NCBI GenBank assembly: GCA_016939335.1
Contig: JAFGHC010000002.1
Coordinates: forward strand, 2,147 to 66,146
Reading direction: 5' to 3'
DNA from: Candidatus Saganbacteria bacterium
GTDB lineage: Bacteria; Margulisbacteria; WOR-1; O2-12-FULL-45-9; XYB2-FULL-48-7
DNA: 64,000 bases
In this document: in pieces, positions 42,216-51,710 of the stretch
How the letters are laid out: each line of letters opens with the position of its first letter
How positions within the stretch are numbered: position 1 is the stretch's first letter
The notes under the pieces: generated by a model
Told to the model about the DNA's origin: nothing
What the model saw: only the letters and a program-made list of their open reading frames with translations
Databases searched by the model: none
Made by a program: the position numbers and the translations under genes

Positions 42216-43687
42216 CGCGGCGTCACGACCAGGGCGTTACTGACCTTCTGCTCGCAGCCGCTGGCGGGCTGATTGACGATCCGGCCGTCGATCCACATCG
42301 CGGTCGAACCGCCGCCGTCCAGGTTCATTGCCTCGACCGCCCCCAGGTTGATCATCAGCTCGGCCAGCTCTTCCAGCGTCACGCCGATGCTGCTCTTTTC
42401 GCCGCGGGCCGAGCGCTCGCGGGGGAGCCCGTCGACCGTGACCAGCAAAAGCTGGCCGTCTTTGGCGACGCCGACCGCGGTGCGCGCGGCGCGGCCGCTG
42501 GCGATGTCCGACCTGAATTTTTCCTCGTTCTTCGAGACGTAAACTATCCCTTCCTTGACCAGGCGCGGCCCGCCGCTGATCAGGTGCCGGATCGGGCCCG
42601 GGTCGCAGGCGTAGGGAATGATCTTGATGTGCAGGTCGATCTTGTCGCCGGGCCGCGCGCCGGCCAGCCGGCGCGCCGGTTCGCTCCCCAGTGAAATGAC
42701 ATAGCCGTCTTGCGGAATGGCGGCATTACCTTTCTTGATCTCCTTGACGACCGAGCCGGCAACGACCAGTTCGCTGCCGTCGAACTCGGTGCCGGTCACC
42801 CCCCCCCACGCCGGCGTGTAAAGGACCGCCTCGCCGGTGTCGCGCCCCTCGTTGACGCCGTCGATCTGGCAGGTTATTCCGCTGGCGGTGGTGAAGTAGC
42901 AGTTGATCAGGATATTGTCGATGTAAGGCTTGTGGTCTTCGCTCAAGATCAGCGCCGTCCGGTCGTAGATCGGGCTGGAAACCAGTTCTCTGTCGATCAG
43001 CAGCGTGCCGAGCGGCTTGCCGGTATAGGCAAAGTAGGTGCCGTTGACCGCTGCTACCGCCTGCTGTTCCCCGGCGATCGTGCTGACCGGGGCGCGGAAA
43101 AAATGAGCGTCGGGATCGTTCTTCTTCCAGAAGTTGAGGAGATTGACGAACGATTCGAACAGGTTCGGCTTGTTCTTGCGGGCCAGGGCGGGAGAAACCT
43201 CGGCCTTGCCCAGGTCGATCTTAAGCACGTGGGCGTTGACCCGGCCGGACTCGCTCCCCCGCGAGACGATCAGGTGCTCCACGCCGTCAATGATCGTGCC
43301 GCCCGAAACGACATTGGTGAAGTTGCGGTTGAAATCGACCACCAGCCGGTCGGGCCCGGTCAGCGTGTAGATGTTGTAGGGGACCGGCTCGGCCAGCGGG
43401 ATGGTGACCGCCAGCCCTTCCCCTTCTTTTTCGATCTCAAAATAACGGACGACCAGGTCGCGCACCTCGACGTAATTCTGGATCTCGGCCGAGGCGGCAG
43501 TGGATGGCAGGTGGATGATGATCTTTTCCCGCGATTCCTCCAGCATGTAATAGCAGGAAGAATCGAAGTCGAAGACGGCCCGGAGCTTGTCGGGATAGTA
43601 GCCGAGGCGGATGTTGGCCAGTTTGGTCGCCTGGCCGGCGGCGGCCAGCGTCAGGCAGAGGAGAGAAGCGGCAATTATTTTTTTCAT
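42212..43687 (-). CDS. Phosphodiester glycosidase family protein (DUF2233/NAGPA-like), secreted
   Basis: Signal peptide MKKIIAASLLCLTLAAA, an N-terminal AMIN-like region and a C-terminal ...NLDGGGSTAMWIDG motif typical of the phosphodiester glycosidase family. Start chosen at MKKII (ATGA overlap with the ispH stop). Confidence 0.6.
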   Translation of the reverse strand: MKKIIAASLLCLTLAAAGQATKLANIRLGYYPDKLRAVFDFDSSCYYMLEESREKIIIHLPSTAASAEIQNYVEVRDLVVRYFEIEKEGEGLAVTIPLAEPVPYNIYTLTGPDRLVVDFNRNFTNVVSGGTIIDGVEHLIVSRGSESGRVNAHVLKIDLGKAEVSPALARKNKPNLFESFVNLLNFWKKNDPDAHFFRAPVSTIAGEQQAVAAVNGTYFAYTGKPLGTLLIDRELVSSPIYDRTALILSEDHKPYIDNILINCYFTTASGITCQIDGVNEGRDTGEAVLYTPAWGGVTGTEFDGSELVVAGSVVKEIKKGNAAIPQDGYVISLGSEPARRLAGARPGDKIDLHIKIIPYACDPGPIRHLISGGPRLVKEGIVYVSKNEEKFRSDIASGRAARTAVGVAKDGQLLLVTVDGLPRERSARGEKSSIGVTLEELAELMINLGAVEAMNLDGGGSTAMWIDGRIVNQPASGCEQKVSNALVVTPR

Positions 43688-44526
43688 TGTCTTAAAGCGG
43701 CCAGGATCTCCTGGATGACCCATTCGGGGGTCGAGGCGCCGGCGGTGACGCCGACGGTTTGCTTGCCGGCCAGCCAGCGCCGGTCGAACTCGGCCACGGT
43801 CTGGATCTGGTGGGTTTCGGTGCCGGTCGCGGCGCAGAGCTCGGTCAGCCGCTTGGTGTTGGCGGAGAGGCGGTCGCCGATCACCAGCATCAGCCCGACC
43901 TGGCGGGCGAGCTCGGTGGCGGCGCTCTGCCGCTTGGTCGTCGCGCCGCAGATCGTGTCGAATTCGACGACGTCGGCGGCCCGCCGCTTGACCGCTTCGA
44001 CCAGCCGTTCGAAATGGGCGGTCGCCTGGGTCGTCTGGGCGACCACGCCGACCCTGGTACCGGCGGGAAAACTTAATTTGTTCACGTCAGCCTCGTTCTC
44101 GACGACTACGGCGCGGCCGCCGCTCCAGCCGAGCAGCGATTTGACCTCGGGGTGGCCGCGGTCGCCGACGATGACGACCAGCCGGCCTTCGGCCGCCAGG
44201 CGGCTGGCGAGCTGCTGGGCCTTCTTGACCCAGGGGCAGGTCGTGTCAATGACGTCAAGCCCTAACTGTTTGGCCGTCTCGTAAATTTCCGGCGCGACAC
44301 CGTGGGCCGAGATCAGCAGGACGCCGCGGCTGCCGGGCGGGATCTCGGCCAGGCCGGCCACGGTCCTGACGCCGAGCGCGGTCAGGCGCTCGACCACCTG
44401 TTTGTTGTGGACCAGGTTGCCGAGCATGAAGACCGGCCGCCCGGCCTTGGTCTGCTCAAGGGCGATCCGGTAAGCGCGCTCCACCCCCTCGCAAAAGCCG
44501 GAGTGGGCGGCGATCATGATCTTCAT
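43684..44526 (-). CDS. ispH: 4-hydroxy-3-methylbut-2-enyl diphosphate reductase
   Basis: MKIMIAAHSGFCEGVERA..., ...VHNKQVVERL, ...TTCPWVKK, ...ICGATTKRQ: the conserved LytB Cys-containing segments. Confidence 0.9.
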   Translation of the reverse strand: MKIMIAAHSGFCEGVERAYRIALEQTKAGRPVFMLGNLVHNKQVVERLTALGVRTVAGLAEIPPGSRGVLLISAHGVAPEIYETAKQLGLDVIDTTCPWVKKAQQLASRLAAEGRLVVIVGDRGHPEVKSLLGWSGGRAVVVENEADVNKLSFPAGTRVGVVAQTTQATAHFERLVEAVKRRAADVVEFDTICGATTKRQSAATELARQVGLMLVIGDRLSANTKRLTELCAATGTETHQIQTVAEFDRRWLAGKQTVGVTAGASTPEWVIQEILAALRQ

Positions 44527-44627
44527 GACGTTATTATAGAAGAATTCATAAATAATGTGAAATTCATCCGCCGGCTTTCGGATAAAAAAGTGCGGCGGTT
44601 TATGTAATTTAAAGAAAGGGTTTTGTC

Positions 44628-46160
44628 ATGATGACATCTGTTCGCGGCCCCGCACCTCGTTACAACATCGGACTGGTGGCCTGGGAGCTGACCGGCGCGA
44701 TCCAGGCCGGCGGCGTCGGCGACGTGAACAGGGACCTGGCCATTAATCTCCGGGCAAGAGGGCACAAGACATATTGTTTTCTCCCTGATCACGCCAATGT
44801 CAAAGTCGAAGGACGCCGGGACGCGCTCGGTTATGACCTCTGGGCGATGGTCGGCTCGGAACGTTTGCACAGCAAAATCTCCCGGGCTTCTTTGCCGGGG
44901 AGCGGGATTCCTGTTTTTCTGATCGGCAGCCACGAAGGCCTTTTTAACCAGAAAATTTACTGGAACGGAGAAGAGAACGTCAAACGGTACATTTTTGCCA
45001 GCAAGATCGTGCCGGCGGCGGTCAGGGAATTGCAGAAAGGAGGTGAGTTGCCGCCGCTTGACATCCTGCACTTTCACGATTCGCCGTTCGCTTTTTCCCC
45101 CGCGTATATCAGGCTGACTCCCGGGGAAGGTGAATATTTTAGAGAGACCGCCCTGGTCGGCACGATCCACAACGGCGGCATCGGTTATCAGGGAGAAGCG
45201 GACCTTTCGCTCTACAGCATGACCGGTTTGCCGGCAGAGATGAGATATATGCTCGAATGCGACGGCGAAATGCGCCTGATCAAGGGGTTGAGCTTCTGCG
45301 AGATGCTCAACACCGTCAGCTGCCAGTACGTCAGGGAACTGCAGATGCCGAAGTTCGGCCGGCCGCTGGTCGAATGGTATCAATTGCTGGCGGGGCGCGG
45401 GCAATTGATCGGCATTCCCAACGGCGTCTCCGGCTGGGACCCGAAGCAGGACGAAGGGATCGTCAACCTGCGGTCCGAGTCGGACGAAGATATCATTGCG
45501 TACAAAGCCGCGAACAAGGCGCGCCTTCAGGAGCAGGTCGGGCTGCCGGTCAGGCCGGACGTGCCGCTCTTTTCTATCGTTTCGCGCCTGGCGCCCCAAA
45601 AATTCGGCTTGCTGATGTGGCAGCACGATGGCATGAAAACGTTGCTCGAGCATTTGATCGCCAACACCTCAATGCAAATGGTGGTCCTCTCGCAGGCGCA
45701 AAAAGGGGTGACGGCGGAAGAGTATTACGAAAAGGAATTGAAGTTCTTGGCCGAACGGTACCGGGGCCGTTTCGCTTTCGTCAACCGTTTCGCGCCGGAA
45801 AAAGAAAAACGGATCTATCATTGCGGGGCGGACTTTTTTCTGATGGCCTCCGAGTTCGAACCATGCGGCCTCGGCCAGCTCTACGCCATGAGGTACGGCA
45901 CGCCGCCGGCGGTCGTGCCGGTCGGCGGATTGTTCGATACGGTGACGCGGGAGCGCGGCTTCGTGGCCAAGGGCCCGTTCACCGGCGACGTCGCCGAAAT
46001 AGCGAAGGAAGCAGTTGCAACTTTTGATAACAAGCCGTGGCTTTTGCAGATGACCAAGGCGGACCTGGCATACGACAGCTCCTGGGGCCCGAGCATGGAA
46101 AAGTACGAAGCGATGTACGCGCGGGCGAGCGAATTGAAGCGGCAACGCGCCGATTTTTAA
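44628..46160 (+). CDS. glgA: Glycogen/starch synthase-like glycosyltransferase (GT5 family)
   Basis: N-terminal IGLVAWELTGAIQAGGVGDV (compare GlgA KTGGLADV), C-terminal GT-B domain with EPCGLGQLYAMRYGTPPAVVPVGGLFDTV. Confidence 0.75.
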   Translation: MMTSVRGPAPRYNIGLVAWELTGAIQAGGVGDVNRDLAINLRARGHKTYCFLPDHANVKVEGRRDALGYDLWAMVGSERLHSKISRASLPGSGIPVFLIGSHEGLFNQKIYWNGEENVKRYIFASKIVPAAVRELQKGGELPPLDILHFHDSPFAFSPAYIRLTPGEGEYFRETALVGTIHNGGIGYQGEADLSLYSMTGLPAEMRYMLECDGEMRLIKGLSFCEMLNTVSCQYVRELQMPKFGRPLVEWYQLLAGRGQLIGIPNGVSGWDPKQDEGIVNLRSESDEDIIAYKAANKARLQEQVGLPVRPDVPLFSIVSRLAPQKFGLLMWQHDGMKTLLEHLIANTSMQMVVLSQAQKGVTAEEYYEKELKFLAERYRGRFAFVNRFAPEKEKRIYHCGADFFLMASEFEPCGLGQLYAMRYGTPPAVVPVGGLFDTVTRERGFVAKGPFTGDVAEIAKEAVATFDNKPWLLQMTKADLAYDSSWGPSMEKYEAMYARASELKRQRADF

Positions 46161-47326
46161 GAGAAGCTGATTTTGGCCTTTTTCAACCGCCCGATGGCCT
46201 CCGCGATCCGCTCTTTGGGCAGGGTGATCGCCATCCGGACGTAGCCTTCGCCGGCCGGGCCGTAGCCGTTGCCGGGAACGGCCATGATCTGGCATTGATC
46301 GAGCAGTTTCTCCGTGAAGGAAGCCGAAGTTTCGCCTTTGGGGACGGGGACCCACAGGTAAAAGGTCGCTTTCGGCTTAGGCAATTTCCAGCCCAGCGAG
46401 TTCAAACCATCGATCAGAACATTCCGCCGCTCCTCAAAGATCTGCCGGTTGTCTTCCACGCACTGTTGCGGGCCGGTCAGCGCCTCGATCGCGGCCAGCT
46501 GGATCGCCTTAAACTGGCCGCTATCAAGATTGGACTTTAAAGTCGCCAGCGCGCCGACCGCTTCACTATTGCCGACCGCCATGCCGATCCGCCAGCCGGT
46601 CATATTATAGGTTTTGGAGAGCGAATGGAATTCGATCGAGACAGCTTTCGCTTCCGGCACCTCCAGCACGCTCATCGGCCGGTAGCCGTCATAGCCCATT
46701 TCCGAATAAGCCAGGTCGGAGACCAGGAGCAGGTCGTGCTTTTTGGCGAAGGCGACCGCTTGCTCGAGGAAAGCTTTATCGCAAACCGCTCCCGTCGGGT
46801 TATTCGGATAATTGATGAAGAGCATCTTGGCCCGTTTCAGGATGTTAGCCGGGACTTTGCCGAGCTCGGGCAGGAAGTTATTCTCGGCCGTCAGCGGCAG
46901 GAGGTACGGCTCGCCGCCGGCCAGCGTGGTGCAGATCTTATAGACCGGGTAAGACGGGTCGGGGACCAGCGCGACATCGCCCGGATCGATAAAGCAGAGC
47001 GGCAGATGGGCGAGCCCCTCTTTGGAGCCGATCAGGCAGCAGATCTCGCCCTGCGGGTTGAGCTCGACCTTGAACCGTTGCCGGTACCATTGGGCGACCG
47101 CCCGGCGGAAAACGAGTTCGCCGCGCGACGTCGGGTAATTGGCCGCTTCTTTGCTGTCCAGCACTGCGCGCATCTTCTGGGAAATATGGGGAGGCGTCGG
47201 CAGGTCGGGATCGCCGATGCCGAAATCGATGACGTCGACGCCTTTTTTGATCAGCTCCTCTTTTTTCTCTTCGATCTTGACGAAGAGATAGGGGGGGATC
47301 AGCTCCAGCCGTTTGGCTTTTTTCAT
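46157..47326 (-). CDS. dapL: LL-diaminopimelate aminotransferase-like class I aminotransferase
   Basis: Start placed at MKKAKRLELIPPYLFVKIEEKKEEL (DapL-type N-terminus) with an ATGA overlap onto dapF. PLP Lys region SLSKTYNMTGWRIG. The ORF-track N-terminal extension is rejected. Confidence 0.7.
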   Translation of the reverse strand: MKKAKRLELIPPYLFVKIEEKKEELIKKGVDVIDFGIGDPDLPTPPHISQKMRAVLDSKEAANYPTSRGELVFRRAVAQWYRQRFKVELNPQGEICCLIGSKEGLAHLPLCFIDPGDVALVPDPSYPVYKICTTLAGGEPYLLPLTAENNFLPELGKVPANILKRAKMLFINYPNNPTGAVCDKAFLEQAVAFAKKHDLLLVSDLAYSEMGYDGYRPMSVLEVPEAKAVSIEFHSLSKTYNMTGWRIGMAVGNSEAVGALATLKSNLDSGQFKAIQLAAIEALTGPQQCVEDNRQIFEERRNVLIDGLNSLGWKLPKPKATFYLWVPVPKGETSASFTEKLLDQCQIMAVPGNGYGPAGEGYVRMAITLPKERIAEAIGRLKKAKISFS

Positions 47327-48111
47327 AATTGGCACTCCCCTGCAAAGACAGTTTCCGCCGGGCCGCGCATCAGGAGGCGGTTCTCCTCGGTCCATTCGAT
47401 CTCGAGGTTGCCGCCGGGGAGATGGGCGAGCACGCGCCGGCCGGTTTTCCCGGCCAGGTGAGCCGCCACGACCGCGGCGCAAGCCCCGGTGCCGCAGGCA
47501 AGCGTTTCGCCCACGCCGCGTTCCCAGACGCTGATGGCCAGTTCACGTTCGTTGAGCACCTGGACGAATTCGACGTTGGTGCGGTTTTTGAAATGCCGGT
47601 CGGTTTCGACGGCCGGGCCGAGCTCGGCCAGGGCGAGCTCGTTCAGGTTGTCGACGAAAGCGGCGGCGTGCGGGTTGCCCATGGAGATCTTCTGAAAAGT
47701 GTAACCGGCTAATTTGACCTGGCCCTCGTTTTTCGGCTCGCCCATGTCAACTTCGATGGCCAGGACCTTGCCGTTTTCCAGGATCACGGCCGGCAGGATC
47801 GTTCCCGCCAGCGTTTCGACCGAGATCACTTCTTCTTTCAGCTGATCGGTCTCATAAACATATTTGGCGAAACAGCGGATGCCGTTGCCGCACATTTCCG
47901 CTTCCGAGCCGTCGGCGTTGATGACCTGCATCCGGTAGTGGGCCTTGGGCGACGGCCAGACGATGAGCAGTCCGTCGGCGCCGACGCCGAAATGCCGGTC
48001 GCAGAGCCGGAGCGCCAGCTGCTTCAGGTCGAGCCCGTCAAGTTTGTTTTTCCGGCTGTCAATGAGAACGAAATCGTTCCCCAGCCCGTGCATTTTAACG
48101 AAATTCAGCAT
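47323..48111 (-). CDS. dapF: Diaminopimelate epimerase
   Basis: MLNFVKMHGLGNDFVLID...CGNGIRCFAKY...LACGTGACA, with both catalytic Cys motifs. Confidence 0.9.
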   Translation of the reverse strand: MLNFVKMHGLGNDFVLIDSRKNKLDGLDLKQLALRLCDRHFGVGADGLLIVWPSPKAHYRMQVINADGSEAEMCGNGIRCFAKYVYETDQLKEEVISVETLAGTILPAVILENGKVLAIEVDMGEPKNEGQVKLAGYTFQKISMGNPHAAAFVDNLNELALAELGPAVETDRHFKNRTNVEFVQVLNERELAISVWERGVGETLACGTGACAAVVAAHLAGKTGRRVLAHLPGGNLEIEWTEENRLLMRGPAETVFAGECQL

Positions 48112-48448
48112 AGGTTGCCGGTGATTCCCACACCCGGACGCCGGCCAGGTTTTTGAACTTTTTTTTCAGCCGGCGAGAGATGTTTTCCGCCAGGTTTTCC
48201 GAAGTCGGGTTTTTTTTGCCGAACGGCGGGACGTCGTTGAGTAACTTGTGGTCGAAATCGGCCAGGACTTCGGCCAAATGTTTGCGGACCACCTTGAAAT
48301 CTTCCAGCAAGCCGATTTTGTTGAGCCGGGTGCCGCGCAGAAAGACCTGGACCCGCCAGGAATGGCCGTGCAAGTTTTCGCAGGCCCCTTCATACCCCCG
48401 CAGGGCGTGCGCCGCGTCAAAAGTTTCTTCGGCCATCAGCTCGTACAT
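48095..48448 (-). CDS. queD: 6-carboxy-5,6,7,8-tetrahydropterin synthase
   Basis: FDAAHAL...CENLHGHSWRVQV matches the PTPS/QueD CxxxHGH motif. 117 aa. Confidence 0.85.
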   Translation of the reverse strand: MYELMAEETFDAAHALRGYEGACENLHGHSWRVQVFLRGTRLNKIGLLEDFKVVRKHLAEVLADFDHKLLNDVPPFGKKNPTSENLAENISRRLKKKFKNLAGVRVWESPATYAEFR

Positions 48449-48459
48449 ATAAGTATATT

Positions 48460-49263
48460 TTACACTATTTTGACCTGCCGGGCATTGGTAATGGGCCGGC
48501 CGAGCAGGCGCGAGCCAAGGTCCTGGAACTGAACCGGCGAGCCGGTGACCAGGTACTTATAATCGGGCCGGCTGCTTTTGTCCTTGAGGGTGCCGGCCTG
48601 CCGCAGGAGCTGTTTGACCTCGCGGACGACTTCGACGGCCGGATCGACGATCGCCACCCGGCTCCCCACCCGTTCCTGCAGAAGTTTGAAGAGGTGTGGA
48701 TAGTGGGTGCAGCCGAGCAGCAAGGTGTCGATCTCTTCCTTGATCAGCGGCCTGAGGCATTCTTTAACGACCCGCCGCGTCTCTTCGGCCGCGACGAAGC
48801 CGCCCTCGACCAGCGGCACGAAAAGCGGGCAGGGCTGGGCAAAGACCTGGACATCTTTTTTCAGCGCGGCCAGGGCGCGCTGGTAGGCGTGGGAATGGAC
48901 CGTGCCGACGGTGGCGATGAGGCCGACGCGGCCGCTGCGGCTGGCGGCGAGCGCGGCGCGCGCCCCCGGCTCGACCATGCCGATCAGCCGCACTTTATAC
49001 TTATCTTTCAACAGCGGATAGGCGATGGCGGACGAAGTGCCGCAGGCGATGATCAGCAGCTTGGCTCCCTGGTCGATCAGGAAAGGGATGATCTCCTCGT
49101 TTATCTTGATGATCTCTTCCGGCGAGCGGCCGCCGTAAGGGACGCGGGCGGTATCGGCCAGGTAGATGACGTCCTCATTGGGCAGCTGGCGCATCAGCTC
49201 GCTGATTACCGTGAGGCCGCCGACCCCGGAGTCAAAGACCCCCAGCGGCGAAGCGGGCGTCAT
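48460..49263 (-). CDS. murI: Glutamate racemase
   Basis: LGVFDSGVGGLTVISEL..., IACGTSSA and GCTHYP, the Asp/Glu racemase signatures. Confidence 0.9.
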   Translation of the reverse strand: MTPASPLGVFDSGVGGLTVISELMRQLPNEDVIYLADTARVPYGGRSPEEIIKINEEIIPFLIDQGAKLLIIACGTSSAIAYPLLKDKYKVRLIGMVEPGARAALAASRSGRVGLIATVGTVHSHAYQRALAALKKDVQVFAQPCPLFVPLVEGGFVAAEETRRVVKECLRPLIKEEIDTLLLGCTHYPHLFKLLQERVGSRVAIVDPAVEVVREVKQLLRQAGTLKDKSSRPDYKYLVTGSPVQFQDLGSRLLGRPITNARQVKIV

Positions 49264-49321
49264 TTTTTTCTCTTCCGGCTTGCCGGTCTTCTGGTGACTG
49301 ATCTTGTCGATCCCGACTTTT

Positions 49322-50371
49322 CTAACGAAACTTATTTCGGAAATACTGTTTCACTCCCTTGGCCAGGCTGTCGGCCAATTTCTCGCGGAACGCGGCGCTG
49401 TCAGCCAGGTTGTATTCAGCATCATTCGAGAGATAGACCGGCTCGATCAAGACGCCGGGCATCCGGGTGTAGCGAATGGTGTAAAAGCCGACCCGGTGCA
49501 GGCCGCGGTCCTTGCGCCGGAGCCCGCGCACGATCGTCTCGTGCATTGTTTCGGCAAAGCGCCGGCTGACCGGGTTGCAGTAATAAGTTTCGCTGCCGGC
49601 CACCCCGGGACTGTCGCTCGAATTATAATGGATGCAGAGGAAAATGTCAGCGCCCACCCGGTTGGCGAAATTGACCACGTCGCGCAGGTTATTGCGGCGG
49701 TCTTCGTGGCGCGTGAGATAGACGGTCGCCCCGGCCGCGCGCAGCCGCGCGGCGCAGGCCTGCGCCGTGAGCAGCGTCAGTTCTTTCTCCGGCCGGCCGC
49801 CGCGCCCGACGGCCCCGGGGTCGTCACCGCCGTGGCCGGGATCTAGGACGATGACCCGGTGCTTGAGCGTGCGATCGGCGGGGGCGGCGGCGGGCGCCAG
49901 TTTGAGCGGCTTGAGCGCCGCCGCCTTTTTCCTGGCGAACTTCGACTCCCAGGCCAGCTGGCGCTTGGTGTCGCCGTTTTGCCGGTCACCCAACTCGATC
50001 ACGGTCTTGTTCCGCCCAAAAACGTTGACCAGGTCGTAATCGATCTCGCGCTTCAGTGTCACGGTTACGCGGACGGTGCGGGGGTCCTTCTGCGCGACCC
50101 GCACAGTGCCGACCCGCGCCAATTTTCTCTTGGCCAGCTCGAACTTCCGGTCGAGGACAGCGCCGGGAAAATCTATGTAAAGCTTGTTTTCCAACAGGAG
50201 GCCCCGCGCGTCGCTCCAGCCGCTGGTATAAACATCGAGGTAATCGTAGCCGCGGTCTTTTTTCATCTCGAGACGCTCGAGGCGGACGGGATCGGCGGCC
50301 AATGACGAATGACTAATGACGAATGACGAATTAAGGAGTATTAATCCTAAGATTAAAATTCGCTTAAGCAT
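49322..50371 (-). CDS. N-acetylmuramoyl-L-alanine amidase (Amidase_3) with N-terminal AMIN-like domain
   Basis: VIVLDPGHGGDDPGAVG...EKELTLLTAQACAARLRAAGATVYLTRHED...ADIFLCIHYNS. The signal-peptide region is encoded by a heptamer repeat. Confidence 0.85.
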   Translation of the reverse strand: MLKRILILGLILLNSSFVISHSSLAADPVRLERLEMKKDRGYDYLDVYTSGWSDARGLLLENKLYIDFPGAVLDRKFELAKRKLARVGTVRVAQKDPRTVRVTVTLKREIDYDLVNVFGRNKTVIELGDRQNGDTKRQLAWESKFARKKAAALKPLKLAPAAAPADRTLKHRVIVLDPGHGGDDPGAVGRGGRPEKELTLLTAQACAARLRAAGATVYLTRHEDRRNNLRDVVNFANRVGADIFLCIHYNSSDSPGVAGSETYYCNPVSRRFAETMHETIVRGLRRKDRGLHRVGFYTIRYTRMPGVLIEPVYLSNDAEYNLADSAAFREKLADSLAKGVKQYFRNKFR

Positions 50372-51686
50372 GCTCTTTGATCAGCTTAAGTAAGGTTCCA
50401 CGCTCGTTGAGGCCGGGATCGTCGAGGACCTTTTCCAGCAGGTCGTCGAGGACCCGGCCGACCCGGGGGCCCGGCCCGATCTTTAACGTCTTCATCACGT
50501 CATTGCCATCGACTTTCAGGTCCGACACGTGCAACGCATCCGCCTCTTCAATGATTTTATCGATCCGCTGCCGCAGCTCCAGCAGATATTCGCCGTTGTT
50601 GACCTTGACCATGGCGGCCACATCGGCCCGCCGCAAGGCGAAGAGATCGGGGGCGTTGCCGGGGCCGCCAATGCGCCGCAGGAAGCGCCTGACGGCCGCG
50701 TCACTCCAGGCCGAGGTGTAATCGAACATGTGATTGGCGACCAGATTGGTGACCCGGGCAATGTCGGCGCTGCTGAATTTGAGCCGTTTCATGGCCGTTT
50801 CCGCCAGCCGCGCGCCGATTTGATCATGGTTATAGAAAGTGTTGTCAACTTTACATTGCGGTTTGGCGAGGTCGTGGAGAAGGACGGCTAGCCGCAAGAC
50901 CGGATCGTTGCCCGGCGCGGCGTCGCAAGCATAGAGGCTGTGCCAGTAGACATCGTAAGTATGGAATTGCGGCGGCTGGCTGACGCCGGCGCAGGCGGCC
51001 AGCTCCGGCAAAATAATCTTGAGCAGGCCGCTTTGCCTCATTAATTCGCAAGCGAGGGAAGGCCGGGCCGCCGTCAGCATTTTCACGAGCTCATCGCGCA
51101 GCCGCTCGGCCGCCACTTTTTTGACGACGGGGAGCGTTTTGGCGATCGCGGCAAAGGTTGCCGGCTCAATGGCGAACTCCAGCTTGGCGGCGAGGCGGCA
51201 GGCGCGGAGCGGCCGCAAGCCGTCCTCGGAAAAACGGGCGGCCGGGTCGCCGACGGCGCGGATGATCTTGGCCCGCAGGTCTTTTTGTCCGTTAAAATCG
51301 TCGATCAGCCGGCTGGCGGCCGGATCGTAGGCCAGCGCGTTGATGGTGAAGTCGCGGCGCGCCAGGTCTTTATGAATGTCATCGGTAAACCGGACATTGA
51401 GCGGGTGGCGGCCATCGACATATTTTTCGTCCGAACGGAAAGTGGTGACCTCGTACTGGCCGTCGGCCAGCCGGACGGTGACGGTGCCGTAGTCGAGGCC
51501 GGTCGGGACGGTTTTGGGGAACAGGCGGCTGACTTCCTCCGGACGGGCGGCGGTGGTGATGTCCCATTCGGCGGGAGTGAGCCCCAGCAGCGAATCCCGG
51601 ACACAACCGCCGACCAGATAAGCCGCGAACCCGCGCTCTTTAAGCGTTTCGATTATTGCCGCCGCTCCGGCTTTTACCTGGATCAT
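50364..51686 (-). CDS. cca: CCA-adding tRNA nucleotidyltransferase with HD domain
   Basis: GFAAYLVGGCVRDSLLG...DITT Pol-beta NTase head, RDFTINALAY, HD domain LLHDLAKP. Confidence 0.85.
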   Translation of the reverse strand: MIQVKAGAAAIIETLKERGFAAYLVGGCVRDSLLGLTPAEWDITTAARPEEVSRLFPKTVPTGLDYGTVTVRLADGQYEVTTFRSDEKYVDGRHPLNVRFTDDIHKDLARRDFTINALAYDPAASRLIDDFNGQKDLRAKIIRAVGDPAARFSEDGLRPLRACRLAAKLEFAIEPATFAAIAKTLPVVKKVAAERLRDELVKMLTAARPSLACELMRQSGLLKIILPELAACAGVSQPPQFHTYDVYWHSLYACDAAPGNDPVLRLAVLLHDLAKPQCKVDNTFYNHDQIGARLAETAMKRLKFSSADIARVTNLVANHMFDYTSAWSDAAVRRFLRRIGGPGNAPDLFALRRADVAAMVKVNNGEYLLELRQRIDKIIEEADALHVSDLKVDGNDVMKTLKIGPGPRVGRVLDDLLEKVLDDPGLNERGTLLKLIKEHA

Positions 51687-51710
51687 GCTGACTAAATTAT
51701 ATCACGTATC

